Notes: generated by a model not told the origin, from the letters alone. A stretch of 64,000 nt of DNA from an uncultured delta proteobacterium (GCA_963796685.1 CAWCMR010000013.1:448001-512000), one strand, 5' to 3'; shown: positions 18,059-29,624, counted from the first letter of the stretch. Program-made: numbers and translations.

Positions 18059-19393
18059 TTAGCGCCGAAACACCAAGCCGACCACAACCAGCGCGGCCAC
18101 GGCCAAAACCGCGGCAACGGCGATCGAATAGAGCACGAGGCGCAAGCGCCGCGGACCTGTCCCGCGCGTCGACAAGGAGCGGCGGCGACGCTTACCCGCA
18201 CCTGCCGAGGTGTGCGTCGTGCGCTGTTGCCAGGTGGGGACAGGTTCTTGCGGCAAGGGTTGGGTCGCCGCGGCACGCGCATCGGCGCCCGTGCGTTGGA
18301 CGCGCCAGCCTGGGCTTTCCGGCCACTTCGCCGCGGATTCGGTGTGATGGTAGTAGCCGTCGAACTCCTGTCGGACGGCCTCGGACGCCAAGGGAAACAA
18401 GGCTCGGCCGAGGTCGTGCACCGAGGGGAATCGATCCTTGGGCCGCACGCTCATGGCGCGCTCGATGATGGATTCCAGGGCGGGTGGCAAGTCCGCGCGC
18501 AGCTCGCGCGGCGGCTGGTGGCGCCCCTCGGTCACGTTGCGGAGCAGGCTGTAGATGGGCTCGCCCCGCTGGGGCGTCTGCTGGGTCACGCATTCGTACA
18601 TCACCACGCCGAGGGAATACTGGTCACTGTGCTCGGTGACGTGACGAAGCCCGGCCGCCTGCTCGGGCGAAAGGTACTGCGACGTTCCCACGATGTCCCC
18701 GGTTTGGGTGAGCCCGCTGCTGGAAATGCCCCCCACCTTCGAGATGCCGAAATCGAGCACACGGGCGGTCGCGTGCCCCATCCAATTCCCACACAGGTAG
18801 ATGTTGCTGGGCTTGAGGTCGCGATGAACGATGCCCGCCTGGTGGGCGGCGTGTACGCCCGCGCACACCGCCAGCATGATGTCCGCCAGGCAATCGAACG
18901 CCAGAGGTCCACGCTCGATGGCCGAAGCCAGGGTCTCGCCCTGCAGGAACTCCATGGCCATGTACGGGATCGCGCACTCCACATCGAAGTCGAAGATCCG
19001 GACCACGTTGGGATGCTCCAGCCGCGCCGCCGCCTGCGCCTCGATGGTAAAGCGCTTGGCCGCCTTGCGCTTGCTCTTGAGCGCGCTCGACAGGATCTTG
19101 AGTGCGACCTTGCGGTTGAGACGCGCGTCCAGTGCCTCGTAAACCGTGCCCATCCCACCTTCGCCGATCAACCGGATGACCTCGTAGCGTCCGACCTTCG
19201 TACCCGGCGCCAGGACCTCTCTCGGCGGCGGGGCCTCCGCGGCGGCTTCGGTCTTCGCGACCTTGTCGTCGTCCACGCCGCCCTCCGCCGCCGACCGATA
19301 GGCCGAGGTTACACGCCCCCCGCGCCTCTCCTGCTTGGTAATGCCCGTGGAAACGGCCGCACTTCCCCGCTCCACTTGTTGGTCCTCGGCCAT
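18059..19393 (-). CDS. Membrane-anchored Ser/Thr protein kinase (Hanks type)
   Basis: GEGGMG, VALK, HRDLKPSN, DFG, YLSPE, DQYSLG; C-terminal TM helix. Confidence 0.93.
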   Translation of the reverse strand: MAEDQQVERGSAAVSTGITKQERRGGRVTSAYRSAAEGGVDDDKVAKTEAAAEAPPPREVLAPGTKVGRYEVIRLIGEGGMGTVYEALDARLNRKVALKILSSALKSKRKAAKRFTIEAQAAARLEHPNVVRIFDFDVECAIPYMAMEFLQGETLASAIERGPLAFDCLADIMLAVCAGVHAAHQAGIVHRDLKPSNIYLCGNWMGHATARVLDFGISKVGGISSSGLTQTGDIVGTSQYLSPEQAAGLRHVTEHSDQYSLGVVMYECVTQQTPQRGEPIYSLLRNVTEGRHQPPRELRADLPPALESIIERAMSVRPKDRFPSVHDLGRALFPLASEAVRQEFDGYYHHTESAAKWPESPGWRVQRTGADARAAATQPLPQEPVPTWQQRTTHTSAGAGKRRRRSLSTRGTGPRRLRLVLYSIAVAAVLAVAALVVVGLVFRR

Positions 19394-19618
19394 GATGAGC
19401 CTCCGGCAAGTGCGGTCGGATACTATCCACGAGTCTTGGCTCACGCCAGCGCAAAGATAGACGCATCGCACGTGACACATCGTATGTCTCCGACTCAACA
19501 TCGCGCCTGATGGGCGAACAAGCTTTCCGCGAAGCAGCTCGACAGCAGCGGGAAGGACCGGTCACCGACTGGATCGGATCCAGGTTTGATCGTATTCTCC
19601 CCTCGGAATAGTGAGGAT

Positions 19619-21080
19619 ATGGCGTTGCAGATCGGACAGCTCTTCGGCAACTACCGCGTCGTGCGCCTGATAGGGGAAGGAGCCTTCGGCGAGGTCTACC
19701 TTGTCCAAAACCCGCTCATCGATCGCCGGGCCGCCGTCAAGGTCTTGCGGCCGATGCTCGCGCTGGACTCGGAGCTGGTCCGACGCTTTTTCAACGAAGC
19801 GCGCGCGGCAAGTGCGATCCGTCATCCCAACATCATCGATGTCTATGACGCCGGTGGAACACCCGAGGGAGCTCCCCTATATCCTCATGGAGTTTCTCGA
19901 GGGGAAATCGCTGAAGAAACACTTGGCGGAGACCGGCAGGTACTCCGTGTCACAAATGCTGGAGGTCGCCAGCCAAGCGGGCTCGGCGTTGGCGGCTGCT
20001 CACGCCGTCGGGATCGTTCACCGCGATCTGAAACCAGAAAATCTGTTTCTGGTACCCGACGTGACCGAGCCGGGCAGCGTGCGGGTGAAGATCCTGGATT
20101 TTGGCATCGCGAAAGTGAAGGGTCGCAGTGGCGGAGGCAAGGAAAGCGTCCGGACGGAAAGTGGCCTGATCATGGGTAGCCCGACGTATATGTCGCCTGA
20201 ACAGTGCAAGGACAGTGCAGACGTCGATCACCGGGCGGACATCTACTCTTTCGCGACGATTCTCTACGAAATGCTGGCAGGTAGACCTCCCTACATGGCG
20301 CCGACGGGAGTGGAATTGCTGCTCTTGCATTTGTCCGAGCCGGCGCGACCGTTGCACGAGCTCGTCCCCGGTGTGCCAGACCATGTGGAAGACGCCATCA
20401 TGCGTGCCCTGCGCCAGGAGCGGAACGATCGTTTTGATGGCGTTCCGTCCCTTCTCAGGGCGTTGCGGGGACCGGCAAGCGGCGACCTGACCAGCTCGCA
20501 GCCGCGTGAGCAGCTGCGTGAAAAGGTGCAGTCGGACACGCCGGCCCCTGCGTCGGACTTCGACCGAACCCTGGTAGGCCCAGCTCTCAGCACGTTTTCG
20601 CAAGCCAATGCGCAAGTCGTTTCGCAATCGGGGATCAAAACCCACGTTGTCACGAGATCCTTCGGGCGCTGGTTGGGACTTGCCCTCGGTGGATTGGTCG
20701 GGCTTGCACTACTGAGCTTCTCGCAGCTCCGGCGCGGCCAGGACACGCTGCCGCCGGGCGTGATCGCAGGTGCGGCCGTGCCCGTTCGACATTCGGCCCT
20801 AGTGAACACCGCCCCCGCGGCTCCACCTCGGGCGGCGGGAAGCGAGGTGCGGCCATTGGCCGTAGCTGCGGCAGCCGATGCACCGGACGCAGGCAAGAGC
20901 ACGAGCACGAGCGCGGGGATCGCGGTGGCGAAAGGAACGGCAGGGCAGCACCGAGCCGCCACGCGAGCCAAGACCACCATGGTCAAGCCTTATGTCCCGC
21001 CGATGCTTGGGCGCAGATCCGCTGCTGCGCGCCCTTCCCTTCAGCCTCAGCCGGATCCGGAAGATGTCGCCGGTTTCTAG
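19619..21080 (+). CDS. Membrane-anchored Ser/Thr protein kinase; frameshift at ~19875
   Basis: GEGAFG and AAVK lie in ORF 19586; HRDLKPEN, DFG and YMSPE lie in ORF 19701. One extra C in GCTCCCCTAT separates them. Confidence 0.9.
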
Positions 21081-21119
21081 ACCTCAAGTGACTGACCCAG
21101 AGCTCGCCATGTGGCAGCC

Positions 21120-21980
21120 ATGAAGTGCAAACCTGTTTACGCGGTATGGGCGCTGGCCTTTGTTGCGGCATGGCCGGGCGTGGCTCGTGCAACCGACGAT
21201 CGTGCCAAAGCGGATGCGCGCAACCTGGCCAAGGCGGCCAAGCGTGACTTCGACGCCGGTCACCTCGAGGACGCGCAGCTCAAGTTTCAAGAAGCATACG
21301 CCATCGCCAAGGTGCCAACGCTGGCCCTCTGGACGGCACGCGTGATGGTGAAGCGGGGCCAATTCATCGCAGGGGCCGAGCTCTACCGACTGGCCACACA
21401 GCTTGCGCCCAACGATCTTTGGATTGGCAACGCACAGGAGCGAGCCCAGGCGGATGCGACGCGGGAGCTGGCGGCATTGCAACCTCGAATTCCAAGACTG
21501 CGCATCCATGTGCAAGGCGCCGCACCCGGGGAAGTCGAGCTCACGGTGGACGATGTCAGAATAGCGGGCACCTCGCTCGATGCCGATTTGCCGGCCAATC
21601 CTGGCCAGCATCGCGTGGTGGGCAAGAAGGACGCGCAGACCGTGGAATTGGTCATCGACCTCGTGGAAGGCGAGAGCAAGGATGCGCTTCTGAGCTTCCG
21701 CAGAAGCATATCCGCAGCCGCACCGGCTGCCATCGCCACATTGGCCGATCCGGCCGCGGGGGCCTCGATGGCTGCCGCTCCGGCGGGCGTGGCGAAGATG
21801 GCCGCCAATCCCGCGCCGACAGAGGCGGCGGGAAGTAGCCGACCGGTCTACGCGAAATGGTGGTTTTGGACCGGCGTTGGTGCAGCCGTCGTTGCCGGGA
21901 CCGTGACGGCCTTTGTGCTCACCCGCCATCCGGACGGAGCTTGCGGTGGGGCGAGCGTCCCCTGCGTGGAGGTGAAATAG
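21120..21980 (+). CDS. TPR/PEGA-like protein with C-terminal WWFW transmembrane anchor
   Basis: Signal peptide ARA; TPR-like helices; PEGA-like VDDV...NPGQHRV; PVYAKWWFWTGVG TM; tail GACGGASVPCV. Confidence 0.78.
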   Translation: MKCKPVYAVWALAFVAAWPGVARATDDRAKADARNLAKAAKRDFDAGHLEDAQLKFQEAYAIAKVPTLALWTARVMVKRGQFIAGAELYRLATQLAPNDLWIGNAQERAQADATRELAALQPRIPRLRIHVQGAAPGEVELTVDDVRIAGTSLDADLPANPGQHRVVGKKDAQTVELVIDLVEGESKDALLSFRRSISAAAPAAIATLADPAAGASMAAAPAGVAKMAANPAPTEAAGSSRPVYAKWWFWTGVGAAVVAGTVTAFVLTRHPDGACGGASVPCVEVK

Positions 21981-21982
21981 CG

Positions 21983-23701
21983 ATGCGGCGTGGCCCTTGG
22001 AGGTTGGTCCTGGCTTGGGCGCTGCTCGGTGCCTGTTCGAACGACAGCAGCAGCACCAAAATCATGGTCGTGGTCTGGAGCAATCTCACGGTCCCGACGG
22101 AGATGGACACCATTCGCGTCGACGTCGTCGGCTCGACTTCAGCTCCATCGGTCACCTTTCCACTGACGGCCGGTAACGACAGCGGAAAGTCCAAGCTTCC
22201 CGTTGTCATGGAGCTGGTGTCGCCGGATAACCAGGGCAGGTCATTCGAAGTCGTTGCCACCGGGCTCTCGAACAGCGCCACCGTTGTCACCCAAGCAGCG
22301 ACATTGTCGTTTGCTCCCGGGCACAACCGAGTGCTCACGCTGCTTCTCGATCGTGCTTGCCGTTATGCGACAAGCGGCCCGTGTGTGCAAACCGCCAGCG
22401 TGGATGTGAACACACTTCCGGAATACGATCCGTCGAAGCCCTTTCTCGCCCCTGATGCAGGGATGGTTACCCCAAGCCAGTCCGACGGCAGCGTCGAGAC
22501 CGGCAGCGATGCTCTCGCTGTGGGTGCGTTGCCGGGGAACGATGCGCTCCCTGGTACGCCGGCCACCGATGCCCGGCAGCCTGGCGACGCCGCTCCTGAC
22601 AACGTCCCGGCTGTTCCAGACGCCGCACTGGAAGCGCCCCTTGAAGCTCCGGTAGACACCCATGACACCGCCGATACGCCGTCGTATCCAAGCGAGTCGG
22701 GGAAGCGCCGAAGGATGCAGCCGTGGTGCAGGACGGCCCTCCGGCGTGCGGCCTTCCGGAGAACCCATGCATGCAAAATGGCGACGGCGCCGCGGATGAG
22801 GCTTCGACCTCGTTCGCCAGCGATGTGCGCGACGAGCCGCCTGAGAGCGGCGATACTCTCTCGGATACACTGCCGGATTCTGCCGGCTTCGGCCGACTCG
22901 AGCCGCGACCTCCCGCTTGAAGTCGAAGCGGGGCAGGACCAGGCGGATGGGACCACGTGCGTTCTTCCCATGGCCACTTGCTCGGGTGTCTGCATCAATC
23001 CAGAGACCAATCCAGACGACTGCGGCGGATGTGGTCGGGCCTGCGGAACGCAGAACGGTACCCCGAGCTGCACGACAGGCACATGTTCGATGTCGTCCTG
23101 CCTACCGGGCTTCCTCGATTGCAGTGCCGATGAGAACGTGAGCCGGGACGGGTGTGAGACCAACGGGAACACGGATAGCGCCAATTGTGGCCGCTGTGGA
23201 AACGCATGTTCGTCCAAGGTTTGCCGAAGTCAGACCTGCCTCGCGACCGCACGCTACGGCAACACCGGACCAGGCACGGGCGCCTCGCCCTTCTCGGGCA
23301 ATTTTCTGGCAGGAATCCAGGTCTACATTCCGAGCCCGAGCGTGGTCACCGGGTTCGGCGCCGTCCTCTACAACTCGACAGCGAGTTGCAACATGGTCCT
23401 CGGCCTATACAAGGACATGGCCGGTGCCCCCGGCGACCTCGTAGCCACCGTGACCGCCCCTGCCTTGGTCGCTCCAGGTGGCAAAGAGCTATCCGTGTCG
23501 CCACCCGTCGACATCCTTGCGGGCACCTACTGGATCCTCGGGGTTTGGGATGGTTTAGCCACATTCTCGAGCAACTCCGCGACGCCGGTCACCTGGCGCT
23601 ACGCCTCTTATCCATTTGGTGCCCTGCCCCCGACCGCTCCATCGAGCATGACCGCGGGCAGCTTTCCGCCTCCCAATGTTTACGTGATTGTCGCCCAGTA
23701 A
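21983..23701 (+). CDS. Cys-rich lipoprotein (Stig1-like repeats); probable compensating frameshifts at ~22700 and ~22885
   Basis: Lipobox LGAC; acidic linker; NPDDCGGCGRAC and DSANCGRCGNAC repeats. An Arg-rich 60-aa stretch reads as a normal acidic linker in the alternative frame (22723..22920). Confidence 0.75.
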   Translation: MRRGPWRLVLAWALLGACSNDSSSTKIMVVVWSNLTVPTEMDTIRVDVVGSTSAPSVTFPLTAGNDSGKSKLPVVMELVSPDNQGRSFEVVATGLSNSATVVTQAATLSFAPGHNRVLTLLLDRACRYATSGPCVQTASVDVNTLPEYDPSKPFLAPDAGMVTPSQSDGSVETGSDALAVGALPGNDALPGTPATDARQPGDAAPDNVPAVPDAALEAPLEAPVDTHDTADTPSYPSESGKRRRMQPWCRTALRRAAFRRTHACKMATAPRMRLRPRSPAMCATSRLRAAILSRIHCRILPASADSSRDLPLEVEAGQDQADGTTCVLPMATCSGVCINPETNPDDCGGCGRACGTQNGTPSCTTGTCSMSSCLPGFLDCSADENVSRDGCETNGNTDSANCGRCGNACSSKVCRSQTCLATARYGNTGPGTGASPFSGNFLAGIQVYIPSPSVVTGFGAVLYNSTASCNMVLGLYKDMAGAPGDLVATVTAPALVAPGGKELSVSPPVDILAGTYWILGVWDGLATFSSNSATPVTWRYASYPFGALPPTAPSSMTAGSFPPPNVYVIVAQ

Positions 23702-23756
23702 GACAGGTCGCCTAGCCTAGCGTTACTGCGAAAACCTTCTGCCAAGGAGATCCCCG

Positions 23757-24239
23757 ATGCCCTCTACCATCAGCTTCGATCATTCCAACCTGTATTCCAA
23801 TACCGGCCTCGTTCCCTCGCCCGGGTGCAGAGTCGACACCGCGACCAACATCACCATTTCTCTTTTCAACACCGGCTCGGCCGCATCTGTTGTGGTCCAC
23901 TTGTGGTGGATTGGTCCAACGCTTTCGGCTTCTGCCGGGCCCATGGTCGATCTGGTGAACTGCAACAAGCTGGCGCCACCTTACGGCCCCGCGCAACCGG
24001 TGGTGTTGACCGTGGAACCCTCTGTCGGTCACAACCCCGGAGGACACATCACAGTCTCGTGGATTCCAAGCAGCACGGACTTCCCCCGCGCACTGGGCTT
24101 GCATGTCCCCGGTTGCCTCTTCGCGCAAGTCGAGGTTCTGCCCGTCCCGCCAATCTCCCCGGGGGACACCTCGGCCTTGAACAACTGGAGTCCGGCGTAC
24201 GCCCTTTGCGCTCAGCACAACATCCAGATCTCCACGTAG
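23757..24239 (+). CDS. Hypothetical protein, 160 aa, beta-rich
   Basis: AAGGAG RBS 7 nt upstream; alternating beta-strand pattern; C-terminal GCLFAQ...AQHNI. Confidence 0.65.
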   Translation: MPSTISFDHSNLYSNTGLVPSPGCRVDTATNITISLFNTGSAASVVVHLWWIGPTLSASAGPMVDLVNCNKLAPPYGPAQPVVLTVEPSVGHNPGGHITVSWIPSSTDFPRALGLHVPGCLFAQVEVLPVPPISPGDTSALNNWSPAYALCAQHNIQIST

Positions 24240-25276
24240 AAGCGAGTGTGCTCGAGTCGGCGCCGCGTTGTCGCACTGGACGCCCCTCGCGTCATCGAGT
24301 GCTGCCCGGAAAGCTGGAAGGCCCTTCCGTGAACGTGGGTGACGCAGGCAAAGGGATCGATCAACAGCGGAGAAAGCGCGGAAAATACGACGATGGTGCG
24401 CATCCGCGCCAGCAGGAGCGGCCATGGCCGCGTGGGTACCTTGTGCCAGCCCAGGCGTTTCTCGGCCAGGACCAGCCCGGCGTGGAGCAAGAAGAAGCCC
24501 ATGACCGAGACGCAGGGCAAGGCGATCAGGTCCGGGGGACCGGCGCCTACGACCGCCATCACGTGCAGAACACCGGAGGCCGTGAAGGCCGCCAGCAATC
24601 CCAGCTGGGGGCGCGAGCGAGCGTGGGGCTGGTAAAAGCCCCGCCTGAGATTGCCCTGTACCATTCGGTTCCAGCGTCGCGCCCAAAATTCGGCAAGCGA
24701 TGCCGACAGCAGCGGGTGGTCCTGAAGGCCCTCCACCGAGCGCCCGCACAGCCCCGCAATACCGACGATCAGATGATGCACACCCGCGGCGCCGACGGCG
24801 ACCTCCAACATGACCAGCTGGTCGTCCAAGACTCGAAACGGCAGGGACTTCTGCCACAGGCGCCAATGGTTTCCCCAGACCAGCAACAAGACGCATCCGG
24901 CGAGCCCCGCAGCTCCCAGCCCGATGGCCAGCAGCGGCCGGCTTCTCGGCGCGGAGTTGGGGGCAAAGAGATCTTCCGGGACGATCAGGTCCAACACAAG
25001 ACGCGCAGCGCTCGCTGCTTGCTCCTGATCGGGGCGCCGATTTCGGTGAGCGAGGGCCACCATGCGAATGCCCAGATAGCCGGCCACCAGGCCAAGAATG
25101 AGCTGCGCCGGACCAGGACCTCGGGTCAGCGCCGGGGCCACACATGTGGCCAGCAGGATGCCAAGGCGGAGACCGGCTCGCAGACGCGAATCGCGCACCT
25201 GCCCTGCCCTGGCGTAGACGACACCCAGCATGACAATGCCGGGCACCAGAAATAGCGAAGCGGGGAAGAGCAGCAT
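24212..25276 (-). CDS. Membrane-bound O-acyltransferase (MBOAT_2 / wax synthase-like)
   Basis: Multi-TM; HPLLSASLAEFWARRWN; AFTASGVLH (catalytic His); FFLLH. Confidence 0.83.
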   Translation of the reverse strand: MLLFPASLFLVPGIVMLGVVYARAGQVRDSRLRAGLRLGILLATCVAPALTRGPGPAQLILGLVAGYLGIRMVALAHRNRRPDQEQAASAARLVLDLIVPEDLFAPNSAPRSRPLLAIGLGAAGLAGCVLLLVWGNHWRLWQKSLPFRVLDDQLVMLEVAVGAAGVHHLIVGIAGLCGRSVEGLQDHPLLSASLAEFWARRWNRMVQGNLRRGFYQPHARSRPQLGLLAAFTASGVLHVMAVVGAGPPDLIALPCVSVMGFFLLHAGLVLAEKRLGWHKVPTRPWPLLLARMRTIVVFSALSPLLIDPFACVTHVHGRAFQLSGQHSMTRGASSATTRRRLEHTRFYVEIWMLC

Positions 25277-25398
25277 GCAGAACGGCGGCCGCGCGCCAGG
25301 CGCAACCTTAGCAGGCGCTGGCGCGTTTTCTCCACCCCGGCCTGCGCGAGCAGATCCGCCGCGGTGAATTCAGATCATCACGGCTTCTGCCATCATCC

Positions 25399-25426
25399 TT
25401 GACGCGGATGGGTCAAAGACTAGAGT
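25399..25426 (+). promoter_or_regulatory. Putative sigma70-type promoter of vgrG overlapped by a TTGAC-N8-GTCAA inverted repeat
   Basis: TTGACG (25399-25404), 16-bp spacer, TAGAGT (25421-25426), 12 nt before the ATG. Confidence 0.45.
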
Positions 25427-25438
25427 AACCATCCAGCC

Positions 25439-28400
25439 ATGGCGCTTCTCGGACGCGATACCTCGGTGACGGGGCCTTTCCCTGCTGGGGTCTTGTTGCT
25501 CGAAACCCTGCATGGCCACGAAGCGCTGGGGCGGACGTACCGGTTCGAGCTCAGCCTGCTCTCGAAGGAGCCGAACCTCGATCCAGACGACGTGCTCGGC
25601 AAGCCGCTTGCGGTGGGCATCCAACTGAACACCGGCAAGGAGCGCTTCTTTCACGGCATCGTGACCGGTTTCCAAAAAGGTGGGGCCACGCAACTACACA
25701 CGCGCTACGCGGCCGAGCTGCGGCCGGTGTTGAGCCTGTTCGACCACACCTTCGACTGCCGCGTCTTCAACGATCCCGCGCAGGACGCGCTGTCCATCGT
25801 GAAATCGGTGCTGGCCAAGCGCGGGCTCGGCGACGTCGAATCGGGGTCGATCCAGGACCACGTCTACCGCGCGCGCGAATTCTGCGTGCAGTACCGCGAG
25901 AGCGATCTGAATTTCGTGCAGAGGCTGCTGGAGGAAGAAGGCATCTACTATTTCTTCAAGCACGAGGAGAGCAAGCACACCTTGGTGCTGGCCGATGCCA
26001 TCACTGCGCACCAGGCCGTCGACGGCTACGAATCGATTCTGTACACCGCGAAGGAGCGACGGGTTGCAGGCGCCGAAGAGCACTTCTGGGGCATGAAGGT
26101 GCGCCGAGCGCTCTATCCCGGCCGCCACACGGTGCTCGGCGGCTACGACCCGACGGCGCCGCGGCCGAGACAGCCTCAATTCGGGCGGGGCACGTCTGAG
26201 GATCTGGTGACGGGCTACCCGTTCGAGCACTACGACTATCCGGGCGGGCTCTTCGATCCTCGAGAAGCGCAGCAGGAAGCGGCCGTGCGCGCGCAAGCGG
26301 GTCGCGCGGACAACACCGTTATCGAGGTGGAAGGCAACACCGTGGGCCTGGGACTTGGCCATCTGGTGTCCCTGCGCCCGGGACCGGATGGGGCCGACGG
26401 GCCGTTCTGGAGCGAAGAGGATTTCGGCAAGCAGTACCTGGTGGTCGGCGCGAGCTATCACCTGAGCGTCGATCAATACGAGACCGGGGATGTGGCCTTC
26501 AGCGACGAGCCGTTCAAGGCGACGTACCAGCTGCTCGACAGTCACGTGCAGTTCCGACCCGCCCGTGTCACGCGCAAGCCGCACATGCCGGGCCGCCAAA
26601 CGGCGCTGGTGGTGGGCCCGGCGGGCGAGGAGATTTGGACCGACAAGCACGGCCGCGTGATGGTGCAATTCGACTGGGATCGCCTCGGCGAGCGCAACGA
26701 GAAGTCGTCGTGTTGGGTGCGCGTGGCGCAGGCGTGGTCGGGGGCCAGGTTCGGCGCGCAATACCTACCGCGCGTCGGTCAAGAAGTGATCGTGGCGTTT
26801 CTCGACGGCGATCCCGACCGGCCCATCATCACGGGCAGCCTGTTCAACAAGGACAACATGCCGCCCTACGATCTGCCGGCCAACCAAACCCAAAGCGGCA
26901 TCAAGAGTCGCAGCACGAAGGGCGGCACGGCCAGCAACTTCAACGAGCTCCGATTCGAGGACAAGAAGGGTCAGGAAGAGCTGCACTTCCAGGCCGAGAA
27001 GGACATGTCGACGCTGGTCAAGCACGACCATACCCTGCACGTGGGGGTGAACCGCGGCATCGTCGTGGGCAACGACGAAACCAATCTGGTGAAGAACGAG
27101 CGCCAGCTCACCGTCGACGCGAACGACAGCGTGGTCATCGGCGGCACGCACGACAAGACGGTGACCGGCGCGGTCACGCAGCTCTGCGGCGGCGACCACA
27201 GCCGCAAGGTGGACGGTAATCAAGAAGCTCTTCGCGGAGAAGAACAAGGATGAGCACGTCAAGCGCGCCCACAAGCTGACCACCGACAAGAAGTTCCAGC
27301 TCAACCAGGGCGCAACCAGCATGACGTTCAAGGGCACCAACGTGACCGTGGACTCGGCTGGCACGATCACCCTGACCGCGGGCGGCGCCACGGTGTGCCT
27401 GGACAAGACCGGCAAGGCGACGTTCGACTCGCCAACGGGGATCAAGTTCGTGTGCGGCGCCAGCTCGCTGGCCATCCTGCCCGGCGGCGTCGCCATCGCC
27501 AGCCCCGCCGTGACCGCCGCCGCCGGCGCTGGCAGCGTGGTGGCCATGGGCGAAGAGACCGTCGCCATGAAGAGCAAGACCGTCACCCTCGAAGCCGACG
27601 GCGTGTGCACCATCAAAGGCAAGAGCGCGCTGAAGTTGCAGGAGGCGGACCCGGTCCAGGCGAAGAAGAACAAAGGGTCATCACCGGCTACGGGCGAGAG
27701 CCAGGAAGCGCCTGGCGCGGGCAGAAAACCCAGCAAGAGGCCGCAGAAGGAAGCGCAGCCTGAAAGCGCCAAGCTGGAGATCCACGTCATGGACCTGGAC
27801 GGGAAGCCACAGGAAGGGTTGGGGTTCGAGATCAAGATGCCAGACGGCGGAACCACTTCCGGCAAGCTCGATAAGGAAGGCCGCGGGTTGGCGAGGAGCT
27901 CTTCGCCGGGCGTCTTCAAGGTGACCTTTCCAGACCTCGACGGTGGTGATTGGGACGGCGATGGCGTGCTGGAGGTGCCCGAGGCAAAACGAAGCGAGGC
28001 AAGCGGCGTCAAGGCCACCTCGGAGGACCGTGTACCCGAGGTCGCGGCAGCCAAGGGCTTCGTCAGGTGGCGGACCGTGTGGGAATTCGCCGGCAACGTA
28101 GAATTAAGAGCCTTGCGCGAGAACCCCAACGTACTGCGCGACGGGGACATGGTGGCGATTCCAAACAAGGTCCCGCGCATCGCAGAGGTTCTGGGAGGAG
28201 GGGCCGAGTACGTGGTCAGGCGCGAGACCGAGAGGATCGTGACGTTCCGCCTGCTGGACTGGGAGCACCAACCGTTGGCAGGTTTGCGATATCAAGCAAA
28301 GACAGGCGACGAGGACATCAACCGTGGCGTCGTTCCCCAAGACGGCTGGGTGACCTTGGCGATTCCAGTCGACGCGCAGACGATTTGCGTCGCGGTGTAC

Positions 28401-28679
28401 CTCTCGGACAATGAAGACGATGCACCACTCGACCTGACATTCGAGGTTCGCGAGGAAGCGCTAGGCGATTCGCCCGAGCACAAGAACCAGCGTCTGCTCA
28501 ACCTGGGTTTCGCCGGCGAGCTGCCCGAGGGCGAGCCAGGCGGCGATGACGACGAGGTTGTTCGCCTGGCCCTGGCCCGGTACCGCAGCTTGGCCGGCAA
28601 TCACGAAGATGAAGATGGCGATGTGCTCGACAAGGCCGCGACCGTGCACGACGCCGAAGACGGCAAAGGACAGGCATGA
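25439..28679 (+). CDS. vgrG: Type VI secretion spike VgrG with long C-terminal extension (~1079 aa once joined); frameshift at ~27225
   Basis: CVQYRESDLNFVQRLLEEEGIYYFF, EEIWTDKHGRV, SCWVRVAQ, PRVGQEV, DGDPDRP, NELRFEDKKGQE. Removing one A (CAA GAG CTC) continues into ORF 27321..28679. Confidence 0.93.
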
Positions 28680-29624
28680 CCCAAATTACGCAGTTTGCGC
28701 TCGTCGTCATCGGGGTGGGCATCGCTTCCGTGATCGCCTCGCTCAAAGGCAGTGCGAAATGGCTTCTGCTGATCGTGGGCGCTTTCGTGGCCTGGATCGT
28801 GCTGCCGACGGTGATTCTGAACGGCAAGTGGGGCTACTACCAGGAAGATGGAGCGGCGATGGCAGGGGGATCCGTCCCCACCTTCCACGAGAGCAAGGAG
28901 GCCAACAGCAAATGGGCCGTGGATCTTGCCACGGAGGTTTGCGGCGACGCGGAGGGCTTCGATACACGGGACCACTCTCTGCAGGCGGTAGCGATGCCCG
29001 AACGGGCAATGGTTGAGCACTTGTTCTATTACAGCAGCTACAGCAATGTGATCTGGCGCGGGTTGGGCTGGAAAGATCGATACTGTTTGGCCCGCTATCT
29101 GGTGGTGGACAGACGAGATGCGTACCTTGTACTGGCTTCCAACACAGCTCTTTCCGTACCCTTTCGTTCCACTGGTGCCCGACACAAAGAGGCTGGAAGA
29201 GCGTCTTCTCGACCGCCTGCCGCCTCCGCCCAAGGCGCCGGACGGCGTGCGTTCGCTGCTCCCGGGCCAATGCGTAACCGGCGAGCTCGCAAAGGGTGAG
29301 ACTGCTCGTTTTCAGGTGCAGATGCCCTATTTCGGTCAGAAGATCAGACTCGACGTTAGCTTGGAGTGTGTCTACAAGGAGGACTACGCAGGACTCGTCG
29401 AGTGGACGAAGAACGGCAATCCCATCACGGGATTGACGGACGCGAGCGACGGTGGTGGGCTGTATCAGATCACGCTTCGAGCACCTGTCACCGGAGCGAA
29501 ACCGTACATAGTTGGCATCTTCTGGGGAGTCCACGATCACACATGCGACCGGCCCAGAGACTGGTGGTGGAAAAGATGTCGGCGCAGGTCGGATCCTGAC
29601 GCAACTGGCGCGACACCGAATTGA
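28676..29624 (+). CDS. Hypothetical membrane protein (2 N-terminal TMs), candidate immunity protein; frameshift at ~29125
   Basis: ATGA overlap with vgrG; hydrophobic N-terminus. ORFs 28676..29299 and 29118..29624 join with one base removed. Confidence 0.6.

Noticed and set aside
27215-27260. Programmed frameshift giving short and long VgrG
   Set aside because: No slippery heptamer, and similar one-base indels occur throughout the window.
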